Assembly: GCA_044220955.1 (NCBI GenBank)
Contig: JBGAQA010000014.1
Location: 32,001-96,000, forward strand
Length of the DNA: 64,000 bases
Direction: 5' to 3'
DNA from: Sandaracinaceae bacterium
GTDB lineage: Bacteria; Myxococcota_A; Polyangia; Polyangiales; Sandaracinaceae
Part shown: positions 58,294 to 64,000 of the stretch, piece after piece
How the letters are laid out: each line of letters begins with the position of its first letter
Position numbering within the stretch: the stretch's first letter is position 1
Made by a program: the position numbers and the translations under genes
The notes under the pieces: generated by a model
Told to the model about the DNA's origin: nothing
Databases searched by the model: none
Seen by the model: only the letters and a program-made list of their open reading frames with translations

Positions 58294-59433
58294 TCAATGC
58301 AGGGTGTGCTCGCGCCCCTCGTGCACGACCCGGGGCACGCCGTCGTCCCGGAGCGCCACGTTGGCCGCAGCGGGGTCGTCGCTCGTCGCGCGGTCCGCCT
58401 CGGCGTCGGCCTCGCGCCACATCTGGTCGAGCTCCGCGCGTGTCCGCGCGAGCCGCGCCGCGTCGTCGCGCGCCTCCTCGGCCTCCCAGCGCGCGAGCGT
58501 CCTGGCGTCGTCGCGTCGCTTGCGCCGATACGCCATCACGAGCAGCACGAGCACCACGAGCCACGCGAAGCTCGAGCCGAGCAGCAGCGGCAGCGCCGCG
58601 TAGCGCCGCCCGAGCTCGCCGCGCCAGTCGACCTCGAGCTGACCGATCCCCGCGCTGTACGTCTGGGAGATCGCCTCCTCGAAGTCCTGGCCGGTCCGCA
58701 TGCGCTCGACGAGGCGCGTGACCTCGCTCGCGCCGCCGTCGCCGCGGCTGAACAGCCAACCGACGAAGTCCGCGCTCTCGGCGTAGGCCAGGTCGACCGC
58801 GTGCGGCCGGTCGGGGAAGCGCGCGTCCAGATCGTCGAGCGGGATCAGGCTCCCGCGCACCGTCGCCTCCCAGAGCGTGCGCACGCGATCGAAGCTGCGC
58901 TCGCGCGCCTCGTGGATCGCGAGCCCCTCGTCGAACCAGAGCGGCGCGTGCCCCGGACCGAGGGCTCGATGGAGCGCGAGGTGGCTCCACTCGTGCACGA
59001 GGACGCGGTCGACGGGCGGGCGCTCCCAGGTGCTGGGCGCCGTGAGCGTCAAGAGGATCAGATCGAGGCCCGGGTACGTGACGCCGACCGCGTAGGCCGG
59101 GGGAGGAGCCTCGGGCGGGGCCAGGGCCTGCATCTCGTCGGGGTCGCGGCCCACGCGGACATAGAGCGGTCCGGCGGGCGCGCCGAGCTCGCCCGAGACG
59201 CGGACGCGGTCGGCCGCCGTCTCGTCTCGCACCAGCTCGACCAGCTCGCGCGCGGCGGCCGGGAACTGCCACGTCACGTCTCCGTCCCGCAGCTCCTCGA
59301 AGCCATCGGGCAGCGCGGGCAGCGCGGTCGCGTCCAGCAGGTCGACGGGCTGTGCGCGCTGCGCCCGCGCGAGGTGCGCACCGAGCGCCCACGCGAGCAA
59401 GAGCGCCATCAGCGCGAGGAAGCGTGTCGTCAA
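58294..59433 (-). CDS. Peptidase MA-family zinc metallopeptidase with C-terminal TM anchor
   Basis: Signal peptide, HEWSH zinc motif, PLWFDEGLA, LAYAES, TM followed by RRKRR. Confidence 0.85.
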   Translation of the reverse strand: MTTRFLALMALLLAWALGAHLARAQRAQPVDLLDATALPALPDGFEELRDGDVTWQFPAAARELVELVRDETAADRVRVSGELGAPAGPLYVRVGRDPDEMQALAPPEAPPPAYAVGVTYPGLDLILLTLTAPSTWERPPVDRVLVHEWSHLALHRALGPGHAPLWFDEGLAIHEARERSFDRVRTLWEATVRGSLIPLDDLDARFPDRPHAVDLAYAESADFVGWLFSRGDGGASEVTRLVERMRTGQDFEEAISQTYSAGIGQLEVDWRGELGRRYAALPLLLGSSFAWLVVLVLLVMAYRRKRRDDARTLARWEAEEARDDAARLARTRAELDQMWREADAEADRATSDDPAAANVALRDDGVPRVVHEGREHTLH

Positions 59434-60192
59434 CTACGAGCCTCCGCCGGCCTCGAATCGTAGCACTGGCGGCGGCGTGGAGCTGGTCTGGGTCGTGAGC
59501 ACGATGAAGACGACTGCCCCGACGAGCAGGGCGCCTGCCGCGAAGTAGGGCCAGTACTGCTCGAAGAAGTCGGGCTCGTGGGGAGGCGGCTCGGGATCGG
59601 GTGCGATGGCCTCCGCCGGGACGGCCGTCGCCGGGTCCACGCTCGGGGAGGCCTCGGGGGCGCGGGTCTCGCCCGGCGCGAGCGGTCGGGCTGCGCGGCG
59701 CGCCCGGCGCGCGACGAAGCGGGTCGCCACCGCGACGTCGATCGGCTCGAGCGCCAGCTCGCCGTCGTAGAAGGAGCGTCGCAGCACGTCGAAGGCGCTC
59801 GCCGTGACCGCGCCGTGGCCGCCGCGCACCACGACGACGAGGTCGGCGCTCGTCACCTCGCCCAGCACGCTCAGCACGCTCACGTCGCGCGCCTCGCCGA
59901 GCCCGAGCCGCCGCCGCTCGGCGCGGACGTCGTCCAGCCCGTCGTCCGCCCCCTCTCCGCGGAGGGCGGCGCGCAAGGCCGCGTCGCTGGGCAGCGCCAG
60001 GCGTGCGTCCTGCGCGATGAGCTCCTCGAGCGCTCGCGCCGCGGCCAAGGTTCCCGGGTCGGGGTCGCCCGCGATCACGATCGCGACCTTCGGCGTTCGC
60101 TCCGCCGGGGCGGCCTCCGATCCGGGTTCCTGCGCGCCCGCGCGCGGCGCGAGCGCGAGGGTCACGACGAGCGCCAACGCGAAGCCACGCAT
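59434..60192 (-). CDS. Secreted/membrane-anchored hypothetical protein
   Basis: Signal peptide (AGA|Q), Pro-rich linker, C-terminal TM (YWPYFAAGALLVGAVVFIV). Tightly packed with neighbours. Confidence 0.7.
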   Translation of the reverse strand: MRGFALALVVTLALAPRAGAQEPGSEAAPAERTPKVAIVIAGDPDPGTLAAARALEELIAQDARLALPSDAALRAALRGEGADDGLDDVRAERRRLGLGEARDVSVLSVLGEVTSADLVVVVRGGHGAVTASAFDVLRRSFYDGELALEPIDVAVATRFVARRARRAARPLAPGETRAPEASPSVDPATAVPAEAIAPDPEPPPHEPDFFEQYWPYFAAGALLVGAVVFIVLTTQTSSTPPPVLRFEAGGGS

Positions 60193-60219
60193 CGAGGCGC
60201 CGACTATGGCGCGAACGCC

Positions 60220-60939
60220 TCAGACGTCGAGCAGAGGTAGCCCTGCCAGGCGCGCGACGTCCCCGCGGGCGCGCGCGATCAGCGCCTCGAGGTCCAGGCC
60301 TGCCACCTCGATCGGTGCGCCGGCCCGCAGCGTGACCGTGCGCTCGGGCAGCGGCGTCGGCTCCGAGCGCGGCCACGCCTCGAGACTGCCGCGGATGCCG
60401 ATGGGCACGACGCACGCGCCCGCGCTCTTCGCGAGGCGGAAGGCCCCCTTCTTGAACCCTCGGACGACCGGCTCCGTCGCGCGCGTGCCCTCTGGAAAGA
60501 TGGCGAGCGGCTGGCCGGCGCGCAGCTGTCGCGCCGCCTGCTCCATCGAGGCCATCGCGCGATCGTGCTGGCCGCGGTCCACGAACACGTGCCCCCCGAG
60601 CCGCATCGCACGACCGAGCAGCGGTGCGCGCTCCAGCTCGCGCTTGGCCAGGAACACGGGCGTGACGGGCATGCACGCGAAGAGCGCGATCACGTCCAGG
60701 TAGCTCTGGTGGTTGGCGACGACGACGCAGACGCGATCGCTCGGGACGTTCTCCATCCCCTCGGCGCGCAGGTCCATCTGCCAGCCCCGGACGAGCACCT
60801 CCGCCCAGCGGCGCGTGTGTCGCACCATGGTCTCGGCGCTCGGCCGGATCGTCTGCGCGACGATCGCGCGCGAGCACACGAGCGCGGTCCAGCCGTAGGA
60901 AAAGGTGGTCCGACCCACTCGCCCGAGCACCACGGCCAC
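60220..60939 (-). CDS. plsC: 1-acyl-sn-glycerol-3-phosphate acyltransferase
   Basis: NHQSYLD (HX4D), FLAKREL, FVDR, FPEGTR, FKKGAF. Confidence 0.9.
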   Translation of the reverse strand: MAVVLGRVGRTTFSYGWTALVCSRAIVAQTIRPSAETMVRHTRRWAEVLVRGWQMDLRAEGMENVPSDRVCVVVANHQSYLDVIALFACMPVTPVFLAKRELERAPLLGRAMRLGGHVFVDRGQHDRAMASMEQAARQLRAGQPLAIFPEGTRATEPVVRGFKKGAFRLAKSAGACVVPIGIRGSLEAWPRSEPTPLPERTVTLRAGAPIEVAGLDLEALIARARGDVARLAGLPLLDV

Positions 60940-61004
60940 GAGCGTACGCGATCGCGAGCCACGTGCGCGCGGCGATCGCGGGTGCTACACGGCCCGTCGC
61001 TCTC

Positions 61005-61077
61005 GAGCCGTTAGCTCAGCCGGTAGAGCAGCGGGCTTTTAACCCGTCGGTCGCGGGTTCGACCCCCGCACGGCTCA
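61005..61077 (+). tRNA. tRNA-Lys: tRNA-Lys (anticodon TTT)
   Basis: GAGCCGT/ACGGCTC acceptor stem, TAGCTCAG..GGTAGAGC D arm, GCGGG-CTTTTAA-CCCGT anticodon arm, GGTTCGA T loop. CCA not encoded. Confidence 0.96.
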
Positions 61078-61101
61078 GCGACGCTCCGGCGCGGATCCAG
61101 A

Positions 61102-61174
61102 GTCCCCATCGTCTAGTGGCCCAGGACTCCACCCTTTCACGGTGGCTACGGGGGTTCGAATCCCCCTGGGGACG
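61102..61174 (+). tRNA. tRNA-Glu: tRNA-Glu (anticodon TTC)
   Basis: GTCCCCA/TGGGGAC acceptor stem, CCACC-CTTTCAC-GGTGG anticodon arm, GGTTCGAATCC T arm. CCA not encoded. Confidence 0.96.
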
Positions 61175-61283
61175 TCGCCACACGCGCGCGCGCGCCAGAC
61201 CGCGCGCCTTCGTGGCGAAAACCTACGGGTTCAACCAGCGGTGCGTTGCCTCACGAGCGCGGTGCGGGCCGTTTCGGGCCTGG

Positions 61284-61310
61284 TTGACATCCTGTCCCGG
61301 CGGCTATAAC
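61284..61310 (+). promoter_or_regulatory. Near-consensus sigma70 boxes TTGACA-N15-TATAAC
   Basis: Both hexamers are near-perfect in very GC-rich DNA, upstream of the 61381 gene. Spacer is 2 nt short. Confidence 0.45.
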
Positions 61311-61380
61311 CCCGGGGCCTCTGGGGGGTGGCTCACGCCACCGTCCCACGGGCCTGTCTACCAACAGAAGGACGTGTCGG

Positions 61381-64000
61381 ATGATGAGATTGAATACTCG
61401 CGCAGCAGTAGGCTGTCTGAGCGCCGCGATTGCCCTGACTTTGGCCGGCTGTCCGGGCGGGTCGAACCCCCCCGGCAACGACGCAGGTACGGATGACGCC
61501 AACGTGATGCGTCCCGATGCGTTCATGGGCTCGGCGACGTTCACGATGACGCCCGCGACGCAGAACTTCGGCGACGTCGTCGTCGGGCAGACGAGCACCG
61601 CGTCCACGTTCACCGTCACCAACACGGGGACGGCCGCCAGCAGCGCCGTCACGGTCGCCCTCAGCGGCGGCAACTCGGCGGACTTCTCGATCGGCGCCAG
61701 CACGTGCACGGGCACGCTGGCACCGGCCGCGACCTGCACGGTCTCCGTGACGATGGCTCCGCCGAGCACGGCCAGCCCGCACAGCTCGACCGCCACGCTC
61801 ACGGCCTCGGCCGGCACGGCGACGGCGAGCTCGGCGCTCACGGGTCGCGTGGTCGCCGACGTCGGCTTCACGGTCACGCCGACCCCGTTCAGCTTCGGCA
61901 CCACCGCCGTGGGCACGCCGACCGCGTCGCACACGTTCACCGTGACGAACACCGGCGGCGTCGATAGCGGCACGCTCGCGGTCAGCCTGGGTGGCCTCGA
62001 CGCGACGCAGTTCGCGATCGGCACCGACAGCTGCGACGGCATGATCCTCGCGGGAGGCGCGACCTGCACCATCGAGGTGACCTACTCGCCCACGTCCGCC
62101 GGCGACCACGCGGGCACGCTCTCCGTCGCGGCAAGCCCGGGCGGCACCGCGAACGCGTCCCTCACGGGCCGCGCACAGTTTCCGGCGGCGCTCCAGCTCG
62201 TGCCGGCCGCGCGTAACTTCGGCTCGGTGGTCGGGGGTTCGGTCAGCACCGCCGTCGACTTCACCCTCCGCAACACGGGTGGCGTCGCCACGGCGAACGT
62301 CGCGGTCGCGTTCGGGGGCGCCGACGCCTCCGAGTTCTCGATCGTCTCCGACCTCTGCTCCGGTGCGCCCCTTGCGGGCGGCGCGACGTGCGTCATCACG
62401 GTGCAGTACACGGCGGGCAGTCCCGGTGCGAAGGTGGCCACCATCACCGCCACCGCCGGCACCCTCACCGCGACCTCGAACCTGACGGCGACCTCGCTTC
62501 CCCCTGGCGCGGTCACGATCATGCCGAACTCGCACGACTTCGGCCGCTCGACGGTCGGCATGGCGACCGGCGGCACGACGTTCACGGTCACCAACACGGG
62601 TGGTGCGTCCATCGGCCCCATGATCGTCGGAGTCGCGGGCGCGAACCCCACGGACTTCCCGATCGGCAGCAACACCTGCTCGGGCGCGATGCTCGCCGCG
62701 GGCGGCACGTGCACGGTGGCGGTGTCCTTCAACCCGTCGGCGATCGGCGCGCGCGATGCGACCCTGACCGCGAACGGTGCGGGCGCGAGCGCGGGCGGCA
62801 CGGCGGCCCTCACCGGAACTGGTGACACGGCGCCCCTCATCCAGGTCACCCCGACGGCGGCCAGCTTCGGCTCGGTCGCCACGGGTGTCACCCTCGATCT
62901 GCCGTTCACGGTCACGAACGCCGGCACCGCGCCGACGGGCGCGATCACGGCCGTCGTGACGGGCGTCGCCGCGACGCAGTTCAGCGTCGTGTCGGTCGGC
63001 ACGTGCTCGGCCCCGCTCGCGGGCGGTGCGTCGTGCACCGTCACGGTGCGGTTCGCGCCGACGATGCTCGGCTCGTTCACGGCGGTCCTCGACGTCAGCT
63101 CGCCGGTCGGCGGGCGCGACACGTCCGACCTCAGCGCCACGGGCATCTCGCCGGCCGCGCTCATCTTCGATTCGGGCACGCCCGTCACGTTCGGGTCCGT
63201 CGCGGAGACGGACACGCCGACGCGCACGGTGGTCCTCCGCAACACCGGGGCCGCGATGGTCACGGGGCTGACGGCCACCATCTCGGGCGCGGACGCCGCG
63301 GCGTTCACCATCCTGCCCGCGAGCACCTGCGGCGCGACGCTCGCCGGCGGTTCGACGTGCAACCTCGTGATCCGCATGAACGCCCACGCGCAGCGGGCAT
63401 ACGCGGCGCAGCTCGACGTCACCGGCACGCCCGGCGGCACGCTCAACGCCCCGATCAGCGCGACCGGCATCGCGGACCTCCTCATCACTTGCATGCCCGA
63501 CCTCGCGTTCGGCGGCGCGACGATCGGCGGCCTCTCGGTCGCCCGGCCCTGCACCATCCTCAACCAGACCACGCGCGCGCTCACCCTGTCGGCCCTGCCG
63601 ACCGTGAGCACGGGCATGGGCTTCTCGGCGTCGTTCGGCGGCGGAACTGACTGCACCGCGACGAGCATGCTCGCGGCCGGCACCGGCAGCTGCACGATGA
63701 CGGTCACGTTCGCTCCGGCCGGCACGGCCGGCGCGCGGACCGGGACGATCTCGGCCAGCGCGACGCCCGGCGCCGCGATGGACAGCGTCAACCTGACCGG
63801 CACCGCCCTCGCGCCGCTGCGCTTCATCAGCTGGGACACCGGCGCGGGCTCGCAGCCGACCTTCCCGGCGGACTTCGGCAACCGCGCGGTGGGCTCGTCG
63901 TACGACGTCACCCTCACGGCTCGGAACTTCGCGACCAGCGGCTCGACGTCCGCCGTGCAGACGTCCTCGATGTTCACGGGCGACCTGAACATCATCTCGG
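61381..64000 (+). CDS. Large surface lipoprotein with tandem Ig-like (choice-of-anchor D / ASH-like) repeats; 3' truncated by window end
   Basis: Not in the ORF track because no stop is reached. MMRLNTRAAVGCLSAAIALTLAGC lipobox, then seven complete and one partial ~107-aa repeats (P..xFG.V......FTVTNTG....C...L....C.V.V.F.P). Confidence 0.88.
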   Translation, partial: MMRLNTRAAVGCLSAAIALTLAGCPGGSNPPGNDAGTDDANVMRPDAFMGSATFTMTPATQNFGDVVVGQTSTASTFTVTNTGTAASSAVTVALSGGNSADFSIGASTCTGTLAPAATCTVSVTMAPPSTASPHSSTATLTASAGTATASSALTGRVVADVGFTVTPTPFSFGTTAVGTPTASHTFTVTNTGGVDSGTLAVSLGGLDATQFAIGTDSCDGMILAGGATCTIEVTYSPTSAGDHAGTLSVAASPGGTANASLTGRAQFPAALQLVPAARNFGSVVGGSVSTAVDFTLRNTGGVATANVAVAFGGADASEFSIVSDLCSGAPLAGGATCVITVQYTAGSPGAKVATITATAGTLTATSNLTATSLPPGAVTIMPNSHDFGRSTVGMATGGTTFTVTNTGGASIGPMIVGVAGANPTDFPIGSNTCSGAMLAAGGTCTVAVSFNPSAIGARDATLTANGAGASAGGTAALTGTGDTAPLIQVTPTAASFGSVATGVTLDLPFTVTNAGTAPTGAITAVVTGVAATQFSVVSVGTCSAPLAGGASCTVTVRFAPTMLGSFTAVLDVSSPVGGRDTSDLSATGISPAALIFDSGTPVTFGSVAETDTPTRTVVLRNTGAAMVTGLTATISGADAAAFTILPASTCGATLAGGSTCNLVIRMNAHAQRAYAAQLDVTGTPGGTLNAPISATGIADLLITCMPDLAFGGATIGGLSVARPCTILNQTTRALTLSALPTVSTGMGFSASFGGGTDCTATSMLAAGTGSCTMTVTFAPAGTAGARTGTISASATPGAAMDSVNLTGTALAPLRFISWDTGAGSQPTFPADFGNRAVGSSYDVTLTARNFATSGSTSAVQTSSMFTGDLNIIS

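Noticed and set aside
61005..61174. tRNA genes lacking encoded CCA; possible prophage or ICE attachment site
   Set aside because: CCA-less tRNA genes are common. No integrase or duplicated tRNA 3' end is seen in the window.
61333..63995. Several long minus-strand ORFs (273, 684 and 637 aa)
   Set aside because: Shadows of the plus-strand Ig-repeat lipoprotein, which the track omitted only because its stop lies outside the window.

Overview
Very GC-rich, gene-dense bacterial DNA whose gene content points to a myxobacterium, probably Polyangiales/Sandaracinaceae-like (inference from the eukaryote-type Ser/Thr kinases, giant TPR protein, DAG-rich lipoprotein linkers and TSP3+VWA lipoprotein). 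Bases 1-24.1 kb are a mosaic, multi-orientation surface-polysaccharide cluster: NDP-sugar epimerases/dehydratases, an RfbF/RfbG/RfbC CDP-sugar module with C-methyltransferase, DegT aminotransferase, CmcI-type methyltransferase and GNAT, an ABC exporter, three glycosyltransferases, a Wbp-type diamino-uronate module with a WbpD-WbpE fusion, an amidotransferase/HisF2/HisH2 trio and AsnB. A ~3750-aa TPR protein, a class IV aminotransferase and an unannotated 48-aa basic protein with its own promoter follow. The most striking locus is a coupled chaperone-like / beta-barrel / 13-heme cytochrome operon (37.8-40.9 kb), a candidate porin-cytochrome electron conduit. The rest holds two Ser/Thr kinases, an apparently inactive M1-peptidase-like domain fused to an Omp85-like barrel, a Cys-less class II amidotransferase, two GT-C-like membrane proteins, an MMPL transporter, an atypical pilin, a CglD-like lipoprotein, a peptidase, PlsC, tRNA-Lys(TTT), tRNA-Glu(TTC) and the start of a large Ig-repeat lipoprotein. 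No CRISPR array, rRNA, integrase or transposase was seen. All family calls come from motif recognition by eye, with no database searches; several starts were moved from the ORF track to more plausible codons.
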